Virus record (IMG/VR): IMGVR_UViG_3300032050_000526
Location: 1-31,643 of that record
Source of the DNA: a virus
Lineage: Duplodnaviria; Caudoviricetes
Length of the DNA stretch: 31,643 nt
Direction: 5' to 3' (one strand)
The notes under the pieces were generated by a model that was not told the DNA's origin, ran no database searches, and saw only the letters and a list, made by a program, of their open reading frames with translations. Both the position numbers and the translations under genes were made by a program. Below are positions 6,455 to 15,979 of this stretch, piece by piece (the first letter of the stretch is position 1; every line of letters starts with the position of its first letter).

Positions 6455-6928
6455 ATGACCGATTTAGACGCCCTAAAAACCAAATACGATTATGACCCCA
6501 ACACCGGCGAATTTCGCCGCCGCACGTCTTGGGGTAGGCAAAAAGCAGGCGACATAGCAGGGTGCATATCGCCGCAAGGATACCGATATTTGACGTTTAA
6601 AGGGCGAGCAACACCAGCGCACAGACTGGCATGGTTATGGGTCTATGGAGATTGGCCTTCCGCCGACGTTGACCACATAAACCGCGATAGGCTAGACAAC
6701 CGTATCGACAATTTGCGGTCTGTCACGCGCTCTGTTAATTGCCACAATATAGCTGGCAGAGCCTCGTCCGGCGAAAAAGGCGTGACGGCGGCGTCAAAAA
6801 ACCGCAATGCTTGGGAAGCGCGCATAACGGTAAACCGCAAAGCCATATACCTTGGGCTCTATCAAACTAAGGAGGAAGCGGCGGCGGCTAGAAAAGGTGC
6901 CGAAATTGCGTTAGGATTACGGTTATGA
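6455..6928 (+). CDS. HNH homing endonuclease (HNH_3 plus AP2-like C-terminus)
   Basis: AHRLAW...DHINRDRLDNRIDNLR and WEARI...YLGLY.T.EEAA motifs; lower GC than its neighbours. Confidence 0.92.
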   Translation: MTDLDALKTKYDYDPNTGEFRRRTSWGRQKAGDIAGCISPQGYRYLTFKGRATPAHRLAWLWVYGDWPSADVDHINRDRLDNRIDNLRSVTRSVNCHNIAGRASSGEKGVTAASKNRNAWEARITVNRKAIYLGLYQTKEEAAAARKGAEIALGLRL

Positions 6929-7395
6929 CCTTCTACTCACTGCCGTTCACGCCCGAACGCGTCGAAGCCACTGAGGCGCGTCTGGAAGCGATCTATGAAG
7001 CCGCCAAGTACGGCCTGAAGGGTGACAGCCTCGCGCTTAAGGCTGGACTGACGCCGGCGCAGTTTCGCCGCTTGCAGGAGTTTGACCCGCTGGTGGAGAT
7101 GGCGGAACTGAAAGGCCGGGCGGACGGCGAATACCTCGCGGCCAAGACGCTGCACGACGCAGCAGCGGACGGCGACGCCACCGCGGCGCTGAACATCCTC
7201 AAGCACCAGCATGGGTGGGTAGCCAAGCAGCAGATCGACGTGAACGTCGACCAGCAGATCAGCGTGATCGGCGCGCTGGAGCGGGCGCAGACGCGCGTAA
7301 TCGAGGGTATCTATAGCCCGGTAAATGCGCTAGAAGACCGGACGGCCACGGTGCCCAGCCCTACGGAGACGGTCCATGCGCAACGCGATGACTAA
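6925..7395 (+). CDS. terS: Putative terminase small subunit
   Basis: Lies upstream of terL; helical protein with GDATAALNILKHQHGW and a C-terminal beta strand QIDVNVDQQIS. Confidence 0.65.
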   Translation: MTFYSLPFTPERVEATEARLEAIYEAAKYGLKGDSLALKAGLTPAQFRRLQEFDPLVEMAELKGRADGEYLAAKTLHDAAADGDATAALNILKHQHGWVAKQQIDVNVDQQISVIGALERAQTRVIEGIYSPVNALEDRTATVPSPTETVHAQRDD

Positions 7396-7858
7396 TGGGT
7401 TCATTCCCTACATGCCCGTGGAAAGCGGCGGTCCGGCAGTCATGCGGATTGATCCGTTTGGGGATGCCAGCGGCATGTCGACGCCCGGCGCGTTCGGGAT
7501 GAACTTCAACCTTGGCGGCGGCGGCCGCGGCGCTACGCAAGTGGCGCCTGTAACCCCGATCTCTGCGGCCATGCAGCGCACGCAGGACTTCGCGCCCATC
7601 CCGACGCTGGCGGACATGCCCGCCATGCCGACATTCAGCACCATGACGCCGTTCCAGCCCTATCAGGGCTTCCAAGGCCGCGGCGCCAGCGCAGGCGGCC
7701 CCCGCAACGCCATGCTGGGCGCCGGCTACGCACCACCGCCGCAGTCGCCGTTCGGGCGGTACAGGACGCCCAGCACCTACGGGACATACGGTAGCGGGGC
7801 CTACGGAGGCACTTACGGCAACGCAGGCGGCTTCAACCCCTACGAAAACATGTTCTGA
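7376..7858 (+). CDS. Low-complexity G/P/M/Y-rich hypothetical protein
   Basis: GGAGA RBS upstream, TGATG coupling to terL, GC-rich third codon positions. Confidence 0.6.
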   Translation: MRNAMTNGFIPYMPVESGGPAVMRIDPFGDASGMSTPGAFGMNFNLGGGGRGATQVAPVTPISAAMQRTQDFAPIPTLADMPAMPTFSTMTPFQPYQGFQGRGASAGGPRNAMLGAGYAPPPQSPFGRYRTPSTYGTYGSGAYGGTYGNAGGFNPYENMF

Positions 7859-9384
7859 TGCAGCAGCCGGTCTACTCCGCTCAGGACGAGATGGAACTGA
7901 TGGCGCGGCTGTGGTCGCCCGCCATCAAGGACGACCCGCTGGCCTTCGTGCTGCTGGCCTTCCCGTGGGGCGAACGCGGCACGCCGCTGGAGCATTTTAC
8001 GGGCCCGCGCAAATGGCAGCGTGACATCCTAGTAGATTTACGTAATCATATCCAAGCCAACAGCGGAAAGCTGGATTATGATACGTTTAGGAAAGCGGTG
8101 GCTTCGGGTCGCGGTATTGGCAAGTCTGCCTTGGTTAGTTGGCTGGTTATCTGGATGCTATCCACCCGGATAGGCTCGACCACTATCGTGTCGGCCAACT
8201 CCGAAGCGCAGCTACGCTCGGTCACATGGGCGGAAATTACCAAGTGGCTGGCGATGTCGCTGAACAGCCACTGGTTCGAGGTAGCCGCCACCCGCATCAT
8301 GCCCGCCAAATGGCTGACGGAAATCGTCGAGCGCGACCTGAAGAAAGGCACGCGCTACTGGTCGGTCGAAGGGCGGCTGTGGTCTGAAGAGAACCCTGAC
8401 GCCTACGCAGGGGTACATAACTTCGACGGTGTGCTGCTGATCTTCGACGAAGCCAGCGGTATCCCCGACAGCATCTGGTCGGTGGCGCAGGGCTTCTTCA
8501 CGGAAAACACGCCCAATCGCTTCCATTTGGCCTTCTCCAATCCCCGCCGCAACACGGGGTATTTCTACGAGACGTTCAACTCCAAGCGCAGCTTCTGGCA
8601 CACGCGCAACATCGACGCCCGCGAGGTCGAAGGAACCGACAAAAACCTCTACCAGCAGATCATCGACGAGTACGGCCCGGACAGCTACCAAGCCAACGTC
8701 GAGGTCTACGGACAGTTCCCGTCGGAGGGCGACGACCAGTTCATCGCAGTCAACGTGGTCGATGACGCCATGCGCCGGCCGCGCTACAAGGATGCGTCCG
8801 CGCCCATCGCTATCGGAGTGGATCCGGCGCGGTTCGGGTCGGACGCAACCGTGATCGCCGTGCGGCAGGGCCGCGACATCGTCGCCATCAAGCGGATGCG
8901 CGGGGCCGACACGATGGAAGTGGTCGGGCACGTCATCGACGCCATCGAGGAGTACAAACCGGCGCTGGTCTGCATCGACGAGGGCGGCCTCGGCGCAGGC
9001 GTCGTGGACCGACTGAAGGAGCAGCGGTACAAGATCAGGGGCGTCAACTTCGGCAACAAGGCGCAGAAGCAGATGATGTACGGCAACAAGCGCGCCGAAA
9101 TGTGGGGCGCCATGCGCGACTGGCTCAAGGAAGCGTCGATCCCCGAGGATCGCTTCCTGAAAACCGACCTGATCGGGCCGCGCGTCAAGCCTGACAGCAA
9201 AGGCACGCTGTTCCTTGAAAGCAAGAAGGACATGAAAGCCCGCGGGCTGGCCTCGCCAGACGCTGCCGACGCCATCGCGCTGACTTTCGCATACCCGCTG
9301 GCGTCCCGCGAAGCCCGCGTTGACAGAACACCGCGCAAAGGGTACTCTATGAGCGGAATTTCTACATCTTGGCTGGGGGCCTGA
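7858..9384 (+). CDS. terL: Terminase large subunit
   Basis: Walker A SGRGIGKS, Walker B LIFDEA, coupling motif SNP, nuclease motifs GVDPARFGSD and SPDAADA. Confidence 0.95.
   Translation: MQQPVYSAQDEMELMARLWSPAIKDDPLAFVLLAFPWGERGTPLEHFTGPRKWQRDILVDLRNHIQANSGKLDYDTFRKAVASGRGIGKSALVSWLVIWMLSTRIGSTTIVSANSEAQLRSVTWAEITKWLAMSLNSHWFEVAATRIMPAKWLTEIVERDLKKGTRYWSVEGRLWSEENPDAYAGVHNFDGVLLIFDEASGIPDSIWSVAQGFFTENTPNRFHLAFSNPRRNTGYFYETFNSKRSFWHTRNIDAREVEGTDKNLYQQIIDEYGPDSYQANVEVYGQFPSEGDDQFIAVNVVDDAMRRPRYKDASAPIAIGVDPARFGSDATVIAVRQGRDIVAIKRMRGADTMEVVGHVIDAIEEYKPALVCIDEGGLGAGVVDRLKEQRYKIRGVNFGNKAQKQMMYGNKRAEMWGAMRDWLKEASIPEDRFLKTDLIGPRVKPDSKGTLFLESKKDMKARGLASPDAADAIALTFAYPLASREARVDRTPRKGYSMSGISTSWLGA
9320..9348 (+). 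promoter_or_regulatory. Internal sigma70-type promoter in the 3' end of terL
   Basis: TTGACA-17 nt-TACTCT, about 40 nt upstream of the next start codon. Confidence 0.65.
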
Positions 9385-9387
9385 CAC

Positions 9388-9654
9388 ATGGCCGACAAGA
9401 AAAAGTCAGTATCACTGGCGGTTGGGCGCGGCGAAAAGCTGCCGGTGTCCAAGGGCGCAGGGCTGACCGCTAAAGGCAGGGCCAAGTATAACCGCGAAAC
9501 TGGGTCAAACCTCAAGGCACCGGCGCCGAACCCCAAGACAAAGGCCGATGCAGGCCGTAAGAAGTCGTTTTGCGCCCGAATGGGCGCGGTAGCAGCCAAG
9601 GCCAAGGACGGCGAACGTGCCAAGGCCAGCCTCAAGCGGTGGAAATGCTCATGA
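9388..9654 (+). CDS. Small basic protein (DUF6321-like)
   Basis: GLTAKGRAKYNRETGSNLKAP...RKKSFCARM...LKRWKC signature. Confidence 0.8.
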   Translation: MADKKKSVSLAVGRGEKLPVSKGAGLTAKGRAKYNRETGSNLKAPAPNPKTKADAGRKKSFCARMGAVAAKAKDGERAKASLKRWKCS

Positions 9655-9800
9655 AACCGGGACTATACGCCAACATTCACGCCAAAAAGGCCCGAATTGC
9701 GGCCGGATCAGGCGAAAAAATGCGCAAACCGGGCGCTAAAGGCGCTCCGACCGCCAAAGCGTTCCGTGACAGCGCCAAAACCGCGAAGAAAGGCAAGTAA
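9651..9800 (+). CDS. Small basic Lys-rich phage protein
   Basis: MKPGLYANIHAKK...GEKMRKPGAKGAPT; ATGA overlap with the upstream gene. Confidence 0.8.
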   Translation: MKPGLYANIHAKKARIAAGSGEKMRKPGAKGAPTAKAFRDSAKTAKKGK

Positions 9801-9801
9801 A

Positions 9802-10011
9802 ATGGCCAAGCCGCCCCGCATGACCCTGCCGAAGCCCAAGCCGGCTACCAAACCGGCCCCGAACATGTCCACCAGCGCCGTTCTGGGCCGCGCTGAGCGC
9901 ATTCAGCGCGAAGAAGCAGGCGAAAGTGCCCTGATGCGGCGTCGGCCCGCCAAGGACGTGATTAGCGTCGTCACGCGCATGCGCGAGACGCCTGTGAAGA
10001 AGGGCCGCTGA
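9802..10011 (+). CDS. Small basic hypothetical protein
   Basis: MAKPPRMTLPKPKP..., starting 1 nt after the upstream stop. Confidence 0.65.
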   Translation: MAKPPRMTLPKPKPATKPAPNMSTSAVLGRAERIQREEAGESALMRRRPAKDVISVVTRMRETPVKKGR

Positions 10012-10012
10012 C

Positions 10013-10156
10013 GTGCCTCTGGTCAAGTCGGCGGGCAAAACCGCCTTCCGCAAAAACATCAAGGCTGAAATTGCCGCTGGAAAGCCGCAAAAACAAGCGG
10101 TTGCTATCGCCTATGCGGTAAAGCGCGAAGCCGCCAAGAAGGGCAAGAAGAAGTAA
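10013..10156 (+). CDS. Small basic protein (MPL...KQAVAIA family; not in ORF track)
   Basis: GTG start; MPLVKSAGKTAFRKNIKAEIAAGKPQKQAVAIAYAVKREAAKKGKKK. Confidence 0.75.
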   Translation: MPLVKSAGKTAFRKNIKAEIAAGKPQKQAVAIAYAVKREAAKKGKKK

Positions 10157-10157
10157 T

Positions 10158-12425
10158 ATGGCCGATCCCACGGGCATCAATACGGCTGGCAAGGTCGCCA
10201 ACGTGGGGTCTAACCCTGCCAAGTCGTCGGGCAGCGACGACAAGATGGCGACCATGCGCCACCGGCTGCAAATGGCGCAGTCGGCCTACTCGGACAGCCG
10301 CGAGGATGAACTCGACGACCTGCGGTTCATGGCGGGCAGCCCTGACAATCAGTGGCAGTGGCCGGCCGACGTGCTGGCGACCCGCGGGGCCGTGCAGGGC
10401 CAGACGATCAACGCCCGCCCGTGCCTGACGATCAACAAGCTGCCGCAGCACGTCCGTCAGGTCACGAACGAGCAGCGCCAGAACCGCCCCAGCGGCAAGG
10501 TCATCCCGGCTGATGACAACGCCGACATCGAGGTCGCGGAAATCCTGAACGGCGTGGTGCGCCACATCGAGTACATGTCGGACGCCGACGTGGCCTACGA
10601 CACGGCCTGCGACAATCAGGTCACTTACGGTGAAGGCTACCTCCGCCTGCTGACCGAGTACTGCAACGACGAGACGTTCGATCAGGACATCCGCATCGGG
10701 CGGGTGCGCAACTCGTTCAGCGTCTACATGGACCCGACGATCCAAGACCCGTGCGGGGCTGACGCGCAGTGGTGCTTCGTTACGGAAGACATCCTCAAGA
10801 GCGAATACGAGCGGATGTTCCCGGACGCGACGCCGATCTCGACGCTGTACAGCCAAGGCGTCGGCGATCAGGGCATCTCGTCGTGGCTTCAGGAAGACAC
10901 CATCCGCATCGCGGAGTATTTCTACTGCGAGTACGAGCGTGCCACCCTGCACCTCTACCCTGACAACCAGACGGCCATCTCGCGCACGCCCCGCGACAAG
11001 CAGCTTATGGCCATGTTCGGGGCACCCGTCCGCAGCCGTCAGGTAGACCGCAAGAAGGTCATGTGGATGAAGACTAACGGCTTCGACGTGCTCGACGAGC
11101 GCGAGTGGCCGGGCAAGTGGATTCCTGTCGTCCGTGTGATCGGCAACGAGTGGGAAGTGGACGGCCGACTGCACATCAGCGGTCTTGTGCGCAACGCCAA
11201 GGACGCGCAGCGCATGTACAACTACTGGACCAGCCAAGAGGCAGAGATGCTGGCGCTGGCGCCCAAGGCGCCGTTTATCGGTTACGGCGGCCAGTTCGAA
11301 GGCTACGAACAGCAGTGGAAGACCGCCAACACGACCAACTGGCCGTATCTGGAGGTCAATCCCGACGTGACGGACGGCGCTGGGAATGTCCTCCCTCTTC
11401 CGCAGCGTGCACCTCCTCCGTTGCCCCAGACTGGCCTGATACAGGCCAAAATGGGGGCTGCTGACGACATCAAGGGCACCACAGGCCAGTACGACGCCTC
11501 ACTGGGGATCGGCGGCAACGAGCGCTCGGCCAAGGCTATCGTGGCCCGTGAAAAACAGGGCGACGTGGGGACGTACCACTACGTCGATAACCTCGCCCGC
11601 GCGGTGCGTCACATCACGCGTCAGATCGTCGACCTGATCCCGAAGATTTACGATACGCAGCGCATCGCCCGCATCATTGGTGTCGATGGCGACGTGAGCA
11701 TGGTCAAGTTCAACCCGATGCAGCAGGAGCCGGTCAAGGAAATCCGCGACCAATCGGGCGCCATGATCGAGAAAATCTACAACCCCGGCGTGGGCACTTA
11801 TGACGTGATGGTCACGACCGGCCCCGGCTACATGACCAAGCGTCAGGAAGCGCTCGACGCCATGAGCCAGATTTTGCAGGCCAACCCGCAGCTTTGGACG
11901 GTGGCCGGCGACCTGTTCATCAAGAACATGGACTGGCCGGGCGCGCAGGAAATGGCCGCACGGTTCAAGAAGATTCTGGACCCGAAGGTGCTGTCCGAAG
12001 GCGATCAGTCGCCCGAAATGATGGCGGCGCAGCAGCAGATCGAGGCAATGACGCAGGAACTGAATCGCGTCACCGACATCATGCAGAACATTCAGGACAG
12101 CGCCGAAATGCAGAAGGTCGAGATCGACCGTTACCGGTCCGAGATCGACGCCTACAACGCCGAAACCAAACGCATCGCCGCGGTCCAGAACAGCATGACG
12201 CCGGAACAGATTCAGGACATCGTCATGGGCACTATCGCCGCCGCGCTGGACACCGGCGACCTGATCGGCGAGGCACCGCAGATGCGCGAGATGCCTGAAG
12301 CCGAGGAACCTGAAGAGGCTCCGGAAATGCCTGAAATGATGCCAGAAATGCCTGAAATGATGCCAGAAATGCCTGAAATGATGCCAGAAATGCCCGAAGG
12401 AATGGCTGAAAATGAGCAACTGTAA
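10158..12425 (+). CDS. Portal protein, P22 gp1-like
   Basis: 755 aa with RPCLTINKL, GLVRNAKDAQRMYNYW and YDVMVTTGPGYMTKRQEA motifs and a C-terminal coiled-coil barrel. Confidence 0.93.
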   Translation: MADPTGINTAGKVANVGSNPAKSSGSDDKMATMRHRLQMAQSAYSDSREDELDDLRFMAGSPDNQWQWPADVLATRGAVQGQTINARPCLTINKLPQHVRQVTNEQRQNRPSGKVIPADDNADIEVAEILNGVVRHIEYMSDADVAYDTACDNQVTYGEGYLRLLTEYCNDETFDQDIRIGRVRNSFSVYMDPTIQDPCGADAQWCFVTEDILKSEYERMFPDATPISTLYSQGVGDQGISSWLQEDTIRIAEYFYCEYERATLHLYPDNQTAISRTPRDKQLMAMFGAPVRSRQVDRKKVMWMKTNGFDVLDEREWPGKWIPVVRVIGNEWEVDGRLHISGLVRNAKDAQRMYNYWTSQEAEMLALAPKAPFIGYGGQFEGYEQQWKTANTTNWPYLEVNPDVTDGAGNVLPLPQRAPPPLPQTGLIQAKMGAADDIKGTTGQYDASLGIGGNERSAKAIVAREKQGDVGTYHYVDNLARAVRHITRQIVDLIPKIYDTQRIARIIGVDGDVSMVKFNPMQQEPVKEIRDQSGAMIEKIYNPGVGTYDVMVTTGPGYMTKRQEALDAMSQILQANPQLWTVAGDLFIKNMDWPGAQEMAARFKKILDPKVLSEGDQSPEMMAAQQQIEAMTQELNRVTDIMQNIQDSAEMQKVEIDRYRSEIDAYNAETKRIAAVQNSMTPEQIQDIVMGTIAAALDTGDLIGEAPQMREMPEAEEPEEAPEMPEMMPEMPEMMPEMPEMMPEMPEGMAENEQL
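12324..12394 (+). repeat. 21-bp tandem repeat (3 copies plus a partial) encoding EMPEMMP
   Basis: GAAATGCCTGAAATGATGCCA at 12324, 12345 and 12366. Confidence 0.95.
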
Positions 12426-12777
12426 CGACTTCATCGGAATGCTGTTTCTGGCACGCGACGTGACGCATTCGGCGCACCTGAACACGCGCAGCTACGCCAA
12501 GCACACGGCGCTGGGCGAGTTTTACGACGGGGTCATTGATCTCGCGGACAAGTTTGCGGAAGCCTATCAGGGCAAATACGGCCTGATCGGGCCTATTTCG
12601 CTGATGTCAGCCAAGAAGACCAGCAACGTCGTAGACTTCCTTGAAGGTCAAGTGGACGACCTGATGGAAATGCGGTATAAGGTCGTCGAGAAGGAGTGCA
12701 CCCCACTCCAGAACATCATCGACGAGATTTTTGGGCTGTATTATACCACCCTGTACAAACTCAAATTTTTGGCGTGA
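12412..12777 (+). CDS. Ferritin/Dps-like four-helix protein (DUF5856-like)
   Basis: H..HL.T.SYA.H.AL..FY......D.F.E.YQG and a terminal YKLKFL pattern. Confidence 0.7.
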   Translation: MSNCNDFIGMLFLARDVTHSAHLNTRSYAKHTALGEFYDGVIDLADKFAEAYQGKYGLIGPISLMSAKKTSNVVDFLEGQVDDLMEMRYKVVEKECTPLQNIIDEIFGLYYTTLYKLKFLA

Positions 12778-12786
12778 GGTTACATC

Positions 12787-13083
12787 ATGGGACTGAAGAC
12801 CACCACTTTCTGTCTGGGCTATCAGCAGCTCACCCCAAACTCGGCTACCAGCCTGACGGTCCCTGCCCGCGCCCCTGACGGGTCGGTCCAGCAGGCGACC
12901 TTCGCCATCATCACCCCTGAAGGGCAGAATGTGCGCTGGCGCGACGACGGCACCGACCCGACGGCATCGGTCGGTATGCCCATCTATGTCGGCACGTCGC
13001 TGCTCTACGACGGCAACCTCACCAACCTTCGGTTCATTAACACAGTGGCCGGCGGAAAAATTAACGTGAGTTACTACGCATGA
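12787..13083 (+). CDS. Hypothetical beta-rich virion protein
   Basis: GAGG RBS; contains VRWRDDGTDPTASVGMP. Confidence 0.75.
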   Translation: MGLKTTTFCLGYQQLTPNSATSLTVPARAPDGSVQQATFAIITPEGQNVRWRDDGTDPTASVGMPIYVGTSLLYDGNLTNLRFINTVAGGKINVSYYA

Positions 13084-13445
13084 TGAACGTCACGGGGGTT
13101 CCGCTAAACATCTCGGGGCCAGCGTCTGCCGCGGGCTACATTCTGACGCCTGACGGCATCATTACCGAAGCCACGACCAGCCGCACGCTGTCGGCCGCTG
13201 ACAACGGCAAGGTCATCTACTGCACCAGCGGGTCCGCGGTAACGATTACCTGCGCGGCCGGTCTGGGTGCGGGCTTCAGCGTGACGATCATTCAGGGCGA
13301 CGCAGGCAAGGTTACGGTGGCCGCTGGCGGGCAGACGCTGGTGTCCTACTCGTCGCTGTTTAGCACTATGGGCCAGTACGCCGTCATTTCGCTAATCTGC
13401 CCGGTCGCTAACACCTTCGTGGCGGCCGGCAATCTGGGTGTGTAG
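13080..13445 (+). CDS. Hypothetical tail-fibre-related protein
   Basis: TL...DNGKVI...TIT...GF.VTIIQ...G.VTV...GNL pattern, as in C-terminal fibre domains. Confidence 0.7.
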   Translation: MMNVTGVPLNISGPASAAGYILTPDGIITEATTSRTLSAADNGKVIYCTSGSAVTITCAAGLGAGFSVTIIQGDAGKVTVAAGGQTLVSYSSLFSTMGQYAVISLICPVANTFVAAGNLGV

Positions 13446-13447
13446 CT

Positions 13448-15979
13448 ATGTCTGTTAATCCCTCACCTATCGGCGGTTTTGCTGGTCAGTTTTTTGATAA
13501 CAACGGCCAGCCGCTGTCAGGGGGTAAGATTTACACCTACGCGGCCGGCACTACCACGCCGCAGGCTACGTACACCAGCGCGCTCGGGGGCACGCCGCAC
13601 GCCAATCCTATCGTTTTGGACAGCGCCGGGCGCGTACCGGGCGGCGAGATTTGGCTGACCGACAGCCTGATCTACAAGTTTGTCATCGAAACCTCGACGG
13701 CAATCCTGATTGGCACCTACGATAACATCACCGGCGTCAACTCGAACTTTGTCAACTACACGGTGCAGGAAGAGGTCATCACGGCCACGGCCGGTCAGAC
13801 TGTGTTCAATCTCTCGACGATCAACTACACGCCGGGCACCAACTCGCTGTCGGTCTACATTGACGGTGTGAACCAGTACGTCGGCGACAGCTATCTGGAG
13901 ACGGACAGCGACACCGTGACCTTTACCAGCGGCTTGCATGTCGGTGCCGAAGTCAAGTTCACCACGGCCGTTCAAACTACCACCGGGGCTGTAGACGCGA
14001 GCGACGTAGGGTATACTGCGGGCTTTACCGGGGCCACCGCGCAAACCGTCCAAACCAAGCTGGAGCAATACGTCTCCGTCAAGGACTTCGGCGCTGTAGG
14101 CGATGGCGTGGCGGATGACGGCCCAGCAATCAACGCAGTCATATCGGCGCTCAACGCGGCTGGCGGCGGCACACTTTGGTTCCCGGAAGGTGTCTACAAT
14201 ATCGACACTGCGTTAGTTTTGCTTTCAAACGTGCATCTTAATATAGGCGCAAAAGCCGTTCTTGACGTGGCCACCTTGTCGGGCGGTATTGCAATGCAAG
14301 CGCAAGGTACCGTGGGCACGGCAGTGCCGCTCGCGTCTAATGCTTCACGCACCAACACTAGCGTAGCGGTAGCCGCAGGCGCCGAGGCTGCCTTTACCGC
14401 TGGCGATTATGTGCTGATCTACTCTGAACGGCAGCCCGACCCCGCAGCGCAGAAAGACGGTGAGTTCCAGATCGTCAAATCGACTTCCAGCGGATCAATT
14501 ACGCTTCAAGACGGCCTGTGGAGTGATTATGCTACGGCTGACACGGCGTCTATTCGCAAGCTGAACCCGGTCTCCAATATCCGCGTTTTTGGTGGCGGCA
14601 CCATTCGTGGTTCTGGAACGAACGATAAGTTGCTGACGTTTTACCGCTGCAACGATGTTCACGTTGATAGCATCATTTTTGAGGACGGCGATTTTGAGGC
14701 TTTGACCTTCCAAAGCACCCTTAATTTTTCCGCGACCAATTGCTCATTCTATCGCTCCAACAATGCTGGCACTGGTTATGGTGTAGCTATCTATGACGGC
14801 AGCCAATGGGGCGACGTGATCGGCAACAAGTTCATTGATTGCCGTCATGGCGTTAGCGGCGGCGGGAACACTGGTGGCTATGGTTTAAACCGCTTTGTCA
14901 ACATCATTGGCAACAATGCTTATGGTGGCCTTGATAGCGCATACGATGGTCATAGCCCGTGCCAGTATTGGAACTTTGTCGGAAACACGGCGACCGCCAA
15001 AAACGGCACCAACTCTGATGGCATAACATGGCAAGGCCTTGACGTTGTCATCGCTGACAACACCCTAATCGGTTGCAAAAACTATGGCGTTTTTTTGGAG
15101 CCGCGCCGCCCTGAAAATCAAACTGGTTTAACCGTTAAGGGCAACGTAATCCGTGACAGCGGCCTTTTTGGCGTCTACCTTCTCCCAGTTGGCACCGTTG
15201 GGACGATTAGCGGCGTCAACATCACGGGCAACACTGTTCTGAATGCGGCGAACCACGGAATTTTAGCGCGGTCGAACACTGCGAACCGCGATATTAACGG
15301 GCTAAACATTTCAGACAACACCGTAATCTCCAGCACTGGTCGCGGCGTCTATGTTTTGTCTGAAGCAGCGACGATCTCGGCTGTCGATATATCGGGCAAT
15401 ACGATTTACGGCAGCAGCGCCGAAGGCATCTATGTCTACGCCAACACCGCTGACATTAACAACTGTGGCGTCCGCGACAACAGCATCACCATGACCGCCG
15501 CCACGGACGCAATTGGCGTGCAGACCGGTGCAACGGGTAATTTTGCACAGTTGACCATTACTGGAAATGTTGGAGGCGGTGGGACGCACGGCGTTCGCAA
15601 ATTTACTGGGGTAGGAACGTACACGAATGTCTGGGTAGCTGACAACGCTTTGACAGGATCGACCGCACGTATTCGCGGGTTTTCTGAAGCGGAGTTCGGC
15701 GAAAACCAAGGCTATATTTTGTTTGCCTCAGCCACTTATGACCCACCCAGCCTAAACGATGGTGCTGGCGCGGAAACCGATGTGACCGTAACGGGTGCGG
15801 CGCTTGGCGATTACGTCGATCAGATTTCGTTTTCGCTTGATACGCAAGGCATCAATTTGGACGGCCAAGTTACTGCGCTCAACACCGTCACGGTGCGTTT
15901 TCAGAATGAAACTGGCGGAACGATTGATCTTGGAAGCGGGACTATTCGTATCCGTGTCCGTAAGGTGCCTAACCCATGA
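13448..15979 (+). CDS. Tailspike / depolymerase 1 (virion anchor plus pectate-lyase-like beta helix)
   Basis: N-terminal QFFDNNGQPLSGGKIYTYAAGTTTP anchor, VSVKDFGAVGDGVADD motif and I.GN beta-helix repeats. Confidence 0.88.
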   Translation: MSVNPSPIGGFAGQFFDNNGQPLSGGKIYTYAAGTTTPQATYTSALGGTPHANPIVLDSAGRVPGGEIWLTDSLIYKFVIETSTAILIGTYDNITGVNSNFVNYTVQEEVITATAGQTVFNLSTINYTPGTNSLSVYIDGVNQYVGDSYLETDSDTVTFTSGLHVGAEVKFTTAVQTTTGAVDASDVGYTAGFTGATAQTVQTKLEQYVSVKDFGAVGDGVADDGPAINAVISALNAAGGGTLWFPEGVYNIDTALVLLSNVHLNIGAKAVLDVATLSGGIAMQAQGTVGTAVPLASNASRTNTSVAVAAGAEAAFTAGDYVLIYSERQPDPAAQKDGEFQIVKSTSSGSITLQDGLWSDYATADTASIRKLNPVSNIRVFGGGTIRGSGTNDKLLTFYRCNDVHVDSIIFEDGDFEALTFQSTLNFSATNCSFYRSNNAGTGYGVAIYDGSQWGDVIGNKFIDCRHGVSGGGNTGGYGLNRFVNIIGNNAYGGLDSAYDGHSPCQYWNFVGNTATAKNGTNSDGITWQGLDVVIADNTLIGCKNYGVFLEPRRPENQTGLTVKGNVIRDSGLFGVYLLPVGTVGTISGVNITGNTVLNAANHGILARSNTANRDINGLNISDNTVISSTGRGVYVLSEAATISAVDISGNTIYGSSAEGIYVYANTADINNCGVRDNSITMTAATDAIGVQTGATGNFAQLTITGNVGGGGTHGVRKFTGVGTYTNVWVADNALTGSTARIRGFSEAEFGENQGYILFASATYDPPSLNDGAGAETDVTVTGAALGDYVDQISFSLDTQGINLDGQVTALNTVTVRFQNETGGTIDLGSGTIRIRVRKVPNP

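Noticed and set aside
8212-12485. Long antisense ORFs (8212-9387, 8784-9635, 10104-11237, 11499-12485)
   Set aside because: They are shadows of terL and portal caused by high GC at third codon positions, and show no recognisable motifs.
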